This document shows positions 9,910-18,858 of a DNA stretch of 64,000 nt, piece after piece (the first letter of the stretch is position 1; every line of letters starts with the position of its first letter). The position numbers and the translations under genes are program-made. Under the pieces are notes generated by a model. That model worked only from the letters and a program-made list of their open reading frames with translations, searched no databases and had not been told where the DNA came from. Source of the DNA: an uncultured delta proteobacterium (GTDB lineage: Bacteria > Myxococcota_A > Polyangia > Fen-1088); assembly GCA_963796685.1 (NCBI GenBank), contig CAWCMR010000008.1:96001-160000 (forward strand), read 5' to 3'.

Positions 9910-10962
9910 TTAGGTTGTGGTCTGCGCAGAAGGCGCGAAGGCTTGTCCCGCCGCCCGGGCGGCGCGTGTGGCTTGAGGTGGTTGCGCGATGGCCTTCAGA
10001 ATCTCGATGGCCATGCCTCCGCCCACCACGCGAGGAGAGGCGGTCATCTTCTGGCGCCCTTGCACGAACACCGGCAGGGGCGACCCCTCGCTGGTGTTGA
10101 GCGTGATGACGTCGCCGGCCTTGAGCTCGAGGAGATCGCCGAGCTGCAACGAGCGGTGGCCGATTTCCACGCGCAACTCGACCTCCACGGCTTCGATCTC
10201 GCGCGCCAGGGCCTGGGAAAACCTGGCGTCACGCTGCCCGCCGAGGCGGGGCGGCGAGGTGAGCAGCTTCTTGGCCGGCTCGACGGCGGCGTACGGGATG
10301 GCCAGCATGAGCTTGCCGTCGAGCGCGCCCGTCACCTCGAAGGAGCAAAGAATGGCCACGTCGGACGGTGTCGCGATGATCGCCATGCGCGGATCCGATT
10401 CGAAGCGCAAGACCTCGGGCTTGAAAGCGAGGACGCCTTCCCAGGCCACGGCCATACCGTCGGCGAGGATGCCGAGCAGGTGCTTGAGGACCAGCTTCTC
10501 GACGTTGGTAAGCTCGTTGCGCTGTTCCGGGCTCGGCGCCGCCGCGGCCGCGCTGCGATCCCCGAGCGCGGCCCCCAGCAGCCCGCGCGTGAGCGATCCC
10601 TCCATGACGGTCAACGCGAGGCCGTGTCCCGCGCCGAGACTCAACACACCGGTGACCGTCTGGTCGGCCACGGTTCCCGTGACCTCGGCGAATTTCATGA
10701 GCACGGCCGGAGTCGAGGCCACACGCAACTCGAGACGCAAGCGCCCGCCCAGGGCCTTGGCAAAGGTGGTGGCGATACGCTCGTTGATGGAGTCGAGCGT
10801 CGGCATCTGGCCACGGATGATGCGGTCTTGGCTTGTGAGATCGTACTGCACTACCGAACCGTCGCCCGCCTCGCCGCCGCCGCTCGGGTCGGGCCCGACG
10901 CGCCCTTCCTGAATCGCCTGCATCAGGGCTTCGAGCTCTTGTGCGTCGAGTGGGGAGGCCAT
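9910..10962 (-). CDS. fliM: flagellar motor switch protein FliM
   Basis: LDAQELEALM, YDLTSQDRIIRGQMPTLDSINERIA, ELTNVE, C-terminal SPOA domain. Confidence 0.94.
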   Translation of the reverse strand: MASPLDAQELEALMQAIQEGRVGPDPSGGGEAGDGSVVQYDLTSQDRIIRGQMPTLDSINERIATTFAKALGGRLRLELRVASTPAVLMKFAEVTGTVADQTVTGVLSLGAGHGLALTVMEGSLTRGLLGAALGDRSAAAAAPSPEQRNELTNVEKLVLKHLLGILADGMAVAWEGVLAFKPEVLRFESDPRMAIIATPSDVAILCSFEVTGALDGKLMLAIPYAAVEPAKKLLTSPPRLGGQRDARFSQALAREIEAVEVELRVEIGHRSLQLGDLLELKAGDVITLNTSEGSPLPVFVQGRQKMTASPRVVGGGMAIEILKAIAQPPQATRAARAAGQAFAPSAQTTT

Positions 10963-10992
10963 GGTTGCGTTCTCCGTGGGTGGGGCCGCTTG

Positions 10993-11592
10993 CTATTGAA
11001 TGACCAGCTCGGTGATGAAGACGGATTTCACACGATGCGCGGCCAGGATGTCGTCGAGCTTCTTCGAAACGGCGAGCTTGATGCGCTCCATGCCTTCGCT
11101 GCCGCGCAGCTCGTCGAGAGAGCGGTCCGAGAAGTAGGAAATGATGGCGTCGCGAATGTGCGGCATGCGGGCCTGCACCATCGCGCGGTCGGCTTCGGTG
11201 CCGAGCTCCAGATCGAAAGCCACGCGCACATAGCGGTCGGTGTCCGTGCCGCGTAGTTGAATGATGAAGTTTTCCAGCTTGAGAATCGGGCCCGGAACCC
11301 CATTGGGATCCGCAGCCTGCGTGGACTCGCCGGTACCCTCGCCGTGTCCGCCTCCTTCCTCCTTGCCACCCTCCTTGCCGCCCTCCTTGCCGCTTGGGGC
11401 TGTCGAATTGGCGGATGACTGCGCGGGCTGCACGACCACAGCTCCCGCGGGCGCGGGCTTGCGCAACAACACCACGGCCAGCACCGCGCCCATGAGCAGC
11501 GTGTTCGCGACCAGGATCATCGGTATCAGCTTGCTCGGACCTTGCGGAGCCTTCGCGGCCGGTGGCGCTTCTTCCTTGGTGTTTTCCGCCAT
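10993..11592 (-). CDS. fliL: flagellar basal-body protein FliL
   Basis: Single N-terminal TM, LENFIIQL, PHIRDAII, L.G.EG...K, VKSVFITELVIQ; SD GGAGGA at 11601-11606. Confidence 0.9.
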   Translation of the reverse strand: MAENTKEEAPPAAKAPQGPSKLIPMILVANTLLMGAVLAVVLLRKPAPAGAVVVQPAQSSANSTAPSGKEGGKEGGKEEGGGHGEGTGESTQAADPNGVPGPILKLENFIIQLRGTDTDRYVRVAFDLELGTEADRAMVQARMPHIRDAIISYFSDRSLDELRGSEGMERIKLAVSKKLDDILAAHRVKSVFITELVIQ

Positions 11593-11619
11593 AACGAGAT
11601 TCCTCCAGCACCCTCCCAC

Positions 11620-11635
11620 AGCAAAGAGCGTACCG
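11620..11635 (-). promoter_or_regulatory. sigma54 (-24/-12) promoter of the fliL-fliA operon
   Basis: Minus strand CGGTACGCTCTTTGCT matches TGGCACG-N4-TTGCW with exact GG-to-GC spacing, just upstream of the fliL SD. Confidence 0.75.
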
Positions 11636-11638
11636 TCG

Positions 11639-11662
11639 CCACATCGGCCACCACATCGGCCA
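11639..11662. repeat. 12-bp tandem duplication CCACATCGGCCA x2
   Basis: Exact tandem copy immediately upstream of the sigma54 -24 element. Confidence 0.8.
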
Positions 11663-11680
11663 TTTCCGCGGACTTCGCGC

Positions 11681-11724
11681 GCCAGAGCGGTGACACACGG
11701 CCCGGATCGCGTCAGGTTGTTGGC
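11681..11724. promoter_or_regulatory. two putative enhancer-binding-protein boxes (FleQ-like GTCA-N6-TGAC)
   Basis: GCCAGAGCGGTGAC (11681-11694) and GTCAGGTTGTTGGC (11711-11724), 30 bp apart. Confidence 0.45.
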
Positions 11725-11762
11725 TTCCCTGCCGCCCGGATTCTGGCACGCGAGACTTCGCC

Positions 11763-11789
11763 TCAAGTGTGCGGACGATCCGCCGATGG
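11763..11789 (+). promoter_or_regulatory. sigma28 (FliA)-type promoter upstream of hybrid kinase
   Basis: TCAAG-N14-GCCGATGG. Confidence 0.65.
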
Positions 11790-11884
11790 TTGTCGTGGGT
11801 TGGTCCAAGACCGCTCGCCAGGGCAAGACAACTTCAAGCCTCGGGGACACGCATGGGCATCACCGTCGAGGACAAGCAAGGCTC

Positions 11885-14185
11885 GTGACCGCATCCAACG
11901 CGCCCTTTCGCATCCTCATGATCGAGGATGCCGACCGCGATGCCGACCGGGTGCTGCACCACCTGACCCGAGCCGGGATCGAGGTCGACTTCAGACGGGT
12001 CGATGGAATGCAAGCGTTCGGACAGGCGCTCGTCGAGCGCCCCTGGGACCTCCTCTTGTGCGCGGACCGTCCGCCGGATGTGGACGCGCTGAATGTCCTG
12101 GCGCTGGTCGACGCGAACGCCATCGACACCCCCGTCGTCCTGGTGTCGGACGCCATCCTCGGCGAGCGTGGCACCCTACTCAAACGGGCCGGCGCCCGCG
12201 ACCACGTGGCCAAGAGCGATCCGTTGCGACTCGTCGCCTGCGTCTACCGCACGATCGCAGGCACGCGACTGCGCGGCGAACGCGCACGCGCCGAGGCCGA
12301 ACGCGCGCGACTGACCACCGAGCTTCGACAGTCCGAGCACCGTTTCAAGCTGCTCTTCGGCAGCTTCACCGATCCGGTCCTGGTCCTCGATCTGGACGGC
12401 CACATCGTGAACGTCAACGACACGGCCTGCGAGATCCTGAGTCTGGAACGCGCCGAGCTGCTGGGCAGGAATTTCTGGGAGCTCGACGACTCGGACGTAC
12501 CGCCTGCCGTCCATGCCGCACGCATGGAGGCCGTGTGCCAGTTCGGCCATGCCCGCTGCGAGCTCAGCCACGTCCGGCTCGATGGGTCTCGGCTGTTCTT
12601 CGACACGAGTCTGCGCATCATCGAGCATGGCGGCGCGCCCGCCATCGTCGTGGTCGCCCGCGAGGTCAGCGAGCACAAGCGCGTCGCCGACGAGCTTCGA
12701 CAACTGACCGCCGAGCTGGAGCGGCGCGTGGCCGTGCGCACAGCCGAGCTCGAACGCTCGAACGCCGCGCTCGGCGAGGCCAAGGCGGAAGCCGATCGCG
12801 CCAATCGCGCCAAGAGCCTGTTCTTGGCCAGCATGTCGCACGAAATCCGCACGCCGCTCAACGCCATTCTCGGCTTTTCCCAGCTGCTGCTTCGCGACAC
12901 CGTCGTGGCGCCCGAGCACCGCGAGCAACTCTTGACCATCAATCGATTGGGGGAGCACCTGCTGGCGCTCATCAACGACATCCTGGAGATGTCCAAGATC
13001 GAGGCTGGCCGCGCCCATCTCCATCTCACCACCTTCGATTTGGGAGCGCTGGTCACGGACATCGCGGCCATGTTCAAGCTACGCGCGCAGAGCAAGGGCT
13101 TGTCGTTGGTGGTCAAGCTGTGCAAGGACCTGCCCGCGGCCGTGACGTCGGACGAAAACAAGATTCGGCAGGTCTTCATCAACCTGCTCGGCAACGCCGT
13201 GAAGTTCACCCAGTACGGCCAGATCACGTGGACCATCGGCACCGCGCAGACGGGAAGTGGCCACCACCTGGTCACTTCCGTCGATGACACCGGGCCCGGC
13301 ATCGACCCCGCCGAGATAGGACGGCTGTTCGACAAATTCGTACAGACCTCGCTCGGCATCCGCGCCGGAGGCACCGGACTTGGACTGGCCATCAGCCGTG
13401 AGTTCGCGCGCTTGCTCGGGGGCGACGTCACCGTCTCGAGCCAGGTCGGGAAGGGGGGCAGTTTCCATTTCGTCATCCCGCTCGTCGAGGGGCGGCAGGA
13501 CGAGCTTCAGGACAGCATGCGGCAGCGCCAGATCGCCGGGATCAAGCCGGGCACGGGACCCTGGCGCATCCTGGTCGTCGACGACCAGGCGGACAGTCGC
13601 TCTCTGTTGGTGAAAATCCTTTCCTCGGTGGGATTCGAGACCTGCGAGGCCGCAGATGGCGTGCAGGCCCTGCAGTCGTTCGAGACGCTGCGGCCCCACG
13701 CCATTCTCATGGATCTGCGCATGCCACACATGGATGGGTTCGAGACCACGCGCAGGATCAAGCAGAGCGAGCACGGTCGAGTCACGCCCATCATCGCGGT
13801 GACGGCCAGCACCTTCGAGGAAGATCGCAGGCGGGCTCTCGACGGCAACATGGACGACTTCGTGGGCAAGCCGTTCCACGACATGGAGCTACTCGAGATC
13901 CTGCGCGATCATTTGCGCGTCGAATACCTTTACGTCGAGGATCCGAGAACCCCCACCCCCATCTCGTTGCCCATCGGGCTTGCCGGCTGGCGGCCCGCGG
14001 TTCTCTCCAATGTACCGCCCCGTCTCCTCGATGAGTTACGTTCGGCCACGGTCGCGGCGGAGTATGATAGGGCCTTGGAAATCGTGCAGGACCTGGCTGC
14101 CACAGCACCAACCGCAGCCGAGGAGCTGCGCCGGCTGGTGCGAACCTACGACTACCAGGGCGTGATCGACAGGCTGGGAAGCTGA
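11885..14185 (+). CDS. hybrid sensor histidine kinase (degenerate REC-PAS-HisKA-HATPase-REC)
   Basis: [46 protein letters not shown]-terminal ILMDLRMPHMDG; start GTG 11885 approximate. Confidence 0.9.
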   Translation: MTASNAPFRILMIEDADRDADRVLHHLTRAGIEVDFRRVDGMQAFGQALVERPWDLLLCADRPPDVDALNVLALVDANAIDTPVVLVSDAILGERGTLLKRAGARDHVAKSDPLRLVACVYRTIAGTRLRGERARAEAERARLTTELRQSEHRFKLLFGSFTDPVLVLDLDGHIVNVNDTACEILSLERAELLGRNFWELDDSDVPPAVHAARMEAVCQFGHARCELSHVRLDGSRLFFDTSLRIIEHGGAPAIVVVAREVSEHKRVADELRQLTAELERRVAVRTAELERSNAALGEAKAEADRANRAKSLFLASMSHEIRTPLNAILGFSQLLLRDTVVAPEHREQLLTINRLGEHLLALINDILEMSKIEAGRAHLHLTTFDLGALVTDIAAMFKLRAQSKGLSLVVKLCKDLPAAVTSDENKIRQVFINLLGNAVKFTQYGQITWTIGTAQTGSGHHLVTSVDDTGPGIDPAEIGRLFDKFVQTSLGIRAGGTGLGLAISREFARLLGGDVTVSSQVGKGGSFHFVIPLVEGRQDELQDSMRQRQIAGIKPGTGPWRILVVDDQADSRSLLVKILSSVGFETCEAADGVQALQSFETLRPHAILMDLRMPHMDGFETTRRIKQSEHGRVTPIIAVTASTFEEDRRRALDGNMDDFVGKPFHDMELLEILRDHLRVEYLYVEDPRTPTPISLPIGLAGWRPAVLSNVPPRLLDELRSATVAAEYDRALEIVQDLAATAPTAAEELRRLVRTYDYQGVIDRLGS

Positions 14186-14190
14186 ACCCC

Positions 14191-15345
14191 ATGCGCGAAA
14201 GCCCATCCCCGGAGACCTCGGCACCGAGCATCCTGGTCGTGGATGACACCCCGGCCAACCTGCAGATGCTGGCGGACATGCTCAAGCGCCGCGGCTACCG
14301 GGCGCGGCCGGTTCCCAGCGGCCGGCTGGCCTTGTTGGCCAGCAAGGCGGATCCCCCGGATCTCATCCTGCTCGACGTGAACATGCCGGAGATGGACGGC
14401 TACGACGTGTGCGCCGAGCTGAAGAAGGATCCGGTCCTGGCGGCGATTCCCGTGCTCTTCATCAGCGCGTACGGGGAAACCGTCGACAAGATGCGGGCGT
14501 TCGCCGCGGGCGGGCTCGACTACATCACCAAGCCCTTTCACGTCGAGGAAGTCGAAGCGCGCGTCGCCATCCACCTGCAGCTCCGCCGCCAGAGCCGCGA
14601 GTTGGAAACCCTGCTGGTCAAGCAACGCGAGCTGGAAGGCATGCGCGACAGCATGGTGCACATGATCGTGCACGACCTGCGCGCGCCGCTCACCGCCGTG
14701 TTCAACTACCTCGATTTGGTGCGCGAACAAGAGGCGGGCTTCATCTCGCCCGAGTCCATGCAAAATCTCGATCTGGCCATGAAAGCCTCGCGCTGGATGG
14801 TCCAGATGGTGAACGTCCTGCTCGACGCCAGCAAGATCGAATCGGGACAGATGCTCCTGCGCATCGCGGAGTGCGACGCGAGCGATGTGGTCTCGGACGC
14901 CATCGACGCCATTCGTTCGCTGGCCGACGAGAAGAACGTGCTTTGCCATCTCGTGCATGTACGCGCCGCCATCGATCGCGATGCCATCGCCCGCGTGGTC
15001 CAGAACCTGGTCACCAACGCGGTGAAATTGACTCCGCCCGGTGGCGACGTCCATGTTTCGCTGCAAGGCAAAGACGGGATGTTACGCATCGAGGTCGCCG
15101 ACCACGGCCCCGGCATCGCGGCCGAGCACCATCCCAAGATCTTCGAAAAGTTCGGCCAGCTCGACACCAACGTTCGGCAAAGCATTCCCTCGTCGGGTCT
15201 CGGCCTCTACTTCTGCAAGCTGGCCGTCGAAGCCCACGGGGGCCGCATCGGTGTCGACAGCGAGGTCGGCCGGGGCAGCACCTTCTGGTTCGAGCTACCG
15301 CTTACGGCATGTTTGGTAGGGGCGGCTTTCAAACCCGCCCCATAG
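14191..15345 (+). CDS. hybrid response regulator/histidine kinase (REC-HisKA-HATPase)
   Basis: ILVVDDTPANL, LILLDVNMPEMDG, HDLRAPL, NLVTNAVK, SSGLGLYFCK. Confidence 0.92.
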   Translation: MRESPSPETSAPSILVVDDTPANLQMLADMLKRRGYRARPVPSGRLALLASKADPPDLILLDVNMPEMDGYDVCAELKKDPVLAAIPVLFISAYGETVDKMRAFAAGGLDYITKPFHVEEVEARVAIHLQLRRQSRELETLLVKQRELEGMRDSMVHMIVHDLRAPLTAVFNYLDLVREQEAGFISPESMQNLDLAMKASRWMVQMVNVLLDASKIESGQMLLRIAECDASDVVSDAIDAIRSLADEKNVLCHLVHVRAAIDRDAIARVVQNLVTNAVKLTPPGGDVHVSLQGKDGMLRIEVADHGPGIAAEHHPKIFEKFGQLDTNVRQSIPSSGLGLYFCKLAVEAHGGRIGVDSEVGRGSTFWFELPLTACLVGAAFKPAP

Positions 15346-15348
15346 GCT

Positions 15349-17323
15349 CTAGAGCGAGCGCAGCCGTTCGCGGTCTTTCGCCGGAACCGCGGCGCGGGCC
15401 AGGCCCACCTCCTCGGCCATGGCGCCCAAGAAGGCATCGATGGTGGCGTCGGGCAACTCGCCCATGTTGGCGATTTGGACGTGATGGGCGCCAAGCTCGC
15501 CCTTACAGCGATAGATGATGAAGCCGCGCTCCTTCATGCGCGAGTACAGGGCGTCGATCTCGATGAAGGGGGGCACGCGTGCGGTGATGATGGTGTGCGA
15601 TTCCCGGCCGGTGTTGGTGAGGGACTGGAAGCCCAGATCCGTCAGCACGCGTCGGATGAGCAGGTTGCGGCGGCGGTAGGTTTCGCGCCGCGCCTGCACG
15701 CCGCCTTGTTCGAACAGCTCATCGAGCGCCTTTTCCAGCGCGAAGAAGGAGGACACGGCAGGGGTGAACGGCGTTTGCGCCAACTCGGTCAGATAGCGGC
15801 GGTAACGTTTCAGATCCAGGTAGTACACGCGCGGGGGGATGTCCGCGATGCGTGGCCACACCTGGGGTGCCACGCAAACGAAGGACACGCCGGACACCGA
15901 GTGCAGGCACTTGTTCGCCGACGATAGACAAACATCGATGTTGTCGCGAACCACGTCGAGATCCTCGGCTCCGAGCGACGACACGGCATCGACCACCAGG
16001 GTCACGGAACGCGCGCGGCAAATGCGGCCCACCGCGCCCACGGGATTCACGATTCCGATCGACGTCTCGTGATGAATCATGGCCACCACCGCGATCTCGG
16101 GATCGGCGATGAGCATCGCCTCGATTGCGGCAGGATCGGGCAAGGTTCCCCACGGACAAGCGAGCGAGACGTGCGGAATCCTGTGCAGGCGCGCGATCTC
16201 TCCCAGGCGCTCGCCGAAGGCGCCATTGGCCACGGTCAGGATCTTCTTGCCCTCGGGCACCACCGACGCGACCGCCATCTCCATGGCCGCCGTTCCCGAA
16301 CCGGTCAGCAGAAGCATGTCGTGTTCCGCGGAGGCCCCGAACACGGGCCGCAGCTTCTGTTGCAGCCGGCGTACCACGCCCGAGTAGTCCTCGTCGCGAT
16401 GGCAGACATCATAGTGAACCAAGGCGGCTTTCACGCCCGCCGAGGTCACCACCGGGCCGGGATTGAACAAGGTGTAGCGGGGCAGGTTCTTTTCCGCCAG
16501 CAAGCTCTCGATGAGGGCGAGCGTGTCGGCGCCCGTCGACCGCGTCGCCGACAAAGGCCCCGGATGGAGCAGATTCATCGCCGTAAACGCGCAGAAGCCA
16601 CTCGGCGTGCAGCCGCATCTCGGCCGAATCGACGTCCTGCCAGATGGCGCCCGCCACGTCGTGCGCCACCACCAGCCCGCGCCGCGCGGCCTCGGCCACC
16701 CCCTCGGTGAGCGAAGGTGCCTTGCCCTTCGCCAAGTCATCCAGACACGCGACAAGCGTGGGGGACATGACGAATAGGCCGACGCTGACCGCGTCGTGGT
16801 CGGCCATGATGCTTGCCGATGGCGGACACCCGCCTGTCCCGGCTCTTGTGATCCCGCAGCTTGACCTTGGTCGCGTCGTCGAAATCGAAGACGCGCGACA
16901 GATCGGGATCGACGGCCAGCACGGTCAGGTCGCCCTCGCACGGCTGCTGGGCCATTTCCCGGACCAGGTGGGGCGCGGCGATTTGATCCGACATCACGAG
17001 CAGGGTTCGCTCGCTGATGAACTTGCGCGCGGCCAGGACCGACGCCCCGTTGGGCTGCTCCCACGCCGGGTTGTCGAAAAACACCACCTCGGGCAGATCG
17101 CGCATCGGCCCGTTTCATGGCCTCGACCTCCTTGCGCACCCGCTGGGCGTCGAAACCCAAGCGTGATGGCGACGCGCCGAATTCCGGCGCCGGCCAGGAC
17201 CCGCAAGGTGCGCAGGAGCAGCGGACTTCCGCCCACCTTGACCAAACAATTGGCGGTCTCGGAATCGGCCACGGGCCGCCCACGTCCGGCGGCCAGGATC
17301 AACGCTTGACGAATAGTGCCCAA
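15349..17323 (-). CDS. fused NTP-transferase (PntC/IPCT-like) and class V PhnW/AEP-transaminase-like protein, about 4 apparent +1 frameshifts in the 5' half
   Basis: ALILAAGRG, NGASV, MSDQ, DDATKV and WQDVDS fall in successive frames, then FNPGPV, TGSGTAAME, HHETS, VDAVSS, SSANKCL (PLP Lys), QTPFTP. Confidence 0.75.
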
Positions 17324-17484
17324 AACAGGGTGAGAATAACACGATGGCGATGGCATGGATCCACTCGGCTGCAATCGCCGTTCCCGATGACCATGGCCGT
17401 GATTCCGCAGCCAATCGCCCTTCGTTCAACGCCGAGCGTCCGCTCCTCGACAAGAGAACGACGAAAAGCTGACAGAAGGAATCG

Positions 17485-17775
17485 CTACTTGCTGACGGCT
17501 CGCGCGCTGTCCGCGGCGGAGGTGCCTGCGCGCACGCGCAACCGGTACACCGAGTTCTCGGTCTCCACGTAGATGTCGGGCTCGCCGAATTCGCCCAGCA
17601 CGCGGCGGACCGGCGTGGTCACCATGCGATGGCCGCTTGGCTCGCGAAAGATTACCATGCCGCGGCCGATGGTCGGGTAGCTGATGAGAAAACCTTGAAA
17701 AGCGCGGCCCAAACTGACCACGCTGGAGGGATCACGCGAGTTATCACGTATTTTTGTCGCCGTGATGCTGACCAT
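17485..17775 (-). CDS. hypothetical protein (96 aa)
   Basis: Compact ORF ending TTPVRRV...YVETENSVYRL; divergent from 17835. Confidence 0.65.
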   Translation of the reverse strand: MVSITATKIRDNSRDPSSVVSLGRAFQGFLISYPTIGRGMVIFREPSGHRMVTTPVRRVLGEFGEPDIYVETENSVYRLRVRAGTSAADSARAVSK

Positions 17776-17834
17776 GCCGAAACCTTGAATGCCAGTTTAG
17801 CATAAACACCGCAAGCGCTATACTGTCGAGGAAT

Positions 17835-18788
17835 ATGCCGAAGCCGCCCCGCAGCCCCTTGCTTGGGTACAACCACAACGTCAAGTACGGCGGGCATATT
17901 TTCCACGTGCAGACGGAAGATTCGGGTCCGGGAAACCCCCATCTTTTCACGCACTTGTTCTTCGAGGGCAGCATCCTGGCCAGCAAGCGCGGCCAATACG
18001 AACCAGCCACGCCCGAAGACGAAGTGCGGGCCATGATGCAAGCCCAGCACAAGGCGATCCTGAAGGAGCTCAAGCAGGCTGCCTACGACGAGCGCATCGC
18101 GCGCTTCTTCGAAATGCGCGGTGAGACATTCCGCGCGGACGACTTCTTCTCCGAGCAAGTGCAGGTGCCAGTTGCGGTGGTGACCCCGAGCCGGTTACCC
18201 TCAGCGCCGACCCGGCAAAACCCCCTGCCGAGGTGGAGGTGCTGGATCTCGACGCGCTGCCGGTGCAACACCGACCGAGAGGGCGAGCACGCCGGAACCG
18301 CTTCCCATTCACGTGACGAAGCCGGCCGTTCCGGGGCCGGGGACCTATACCTTCCGACGCCCCTCGCGCGAGCAATTCTCCAGCGGCGCCCCCCCTACGC
18401 CACGAAGCCGGCTGCGGCCACGCGCACGGCGCCGGTTCGCCCCCTCACGCCCGTGGTCGTGCAGCGCCAGGTCGTCGTGGGCGGGGGAGGACCTGCCGCC
18501 ACTTCGGCACGCAAGGCTGCGACCACCCCGGTTCGCCGTAGGCCCGTATCTGGCGGCCCCTACGTCGTCAAGGAAGGCAGCTATGCCAATATCGTCGGCT
18601 CGGCCGCCAGCCGCAAAGCCGAGCCACCGCCCCGCCCCATCGCACCCATCTCCGAGGCCGAACAGGCGCCCCGCACGGCCGAACCCAAACCCCCGCCGCA
18701 GGAAGGCGCCCCCAGCGCCTTCGTCACCGATCAAAGCCTGGACGACGTCATCCTCGCCTACCTCTCCCAGGGCGAGAGGAAGCGCTAG
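17835..18788 (+). CDS. hypothetical protein with ordered termini and Pro-rich linker (possible internal frameshifts)
   Basis: GYNHNVKYGGHIFHVQTEDSG...THLF N-terminus and SLDDVILAYL C-terminus; an alternative frame reads better at about 18220-18400. Confidence 0.7.
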   Translation: MPKPPRSPLLGYNHNVKYGGHIFHVQTEDSGPGNPHLFTHLFFEGSILASKRGQYEPATPEDEVRAMMQAQHKAILKELKQAAYDERIARFFEMRGETFRADDFFSEQVQVPVAVVTPSRLPSAPTRQNPLPRWRCWISTRCRCNTDREGEHAGTASHSRDEAGRSGAGDLYLPTPLARAILQRRPPYATKPAAATRTAPVRPLTPVVVQRQVVVGGGGPAATSARKAATTPVRRRPVSGGPYVVKEGSYANIVGSAASRKAEPPPRPIAPISEAEQAPRTAEPKPPPQEGAPSAFVTDQSLDDVILAYLSQGERKR

Positions 18789-18858
18789 CCGTGGTCCGAG
18801 GCAGGGGCTGGGCGCCGCTCAGTAACGCCGCCGGGGCGAAGGCCCGGATCCTTCGGTC

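Noticed and set aside
11261-11884. N-terminal 200-aa extension of the hybrid kinase
   Set aside because: It overlaps fliL antisense and the promoter region; the domain starts near 11885.
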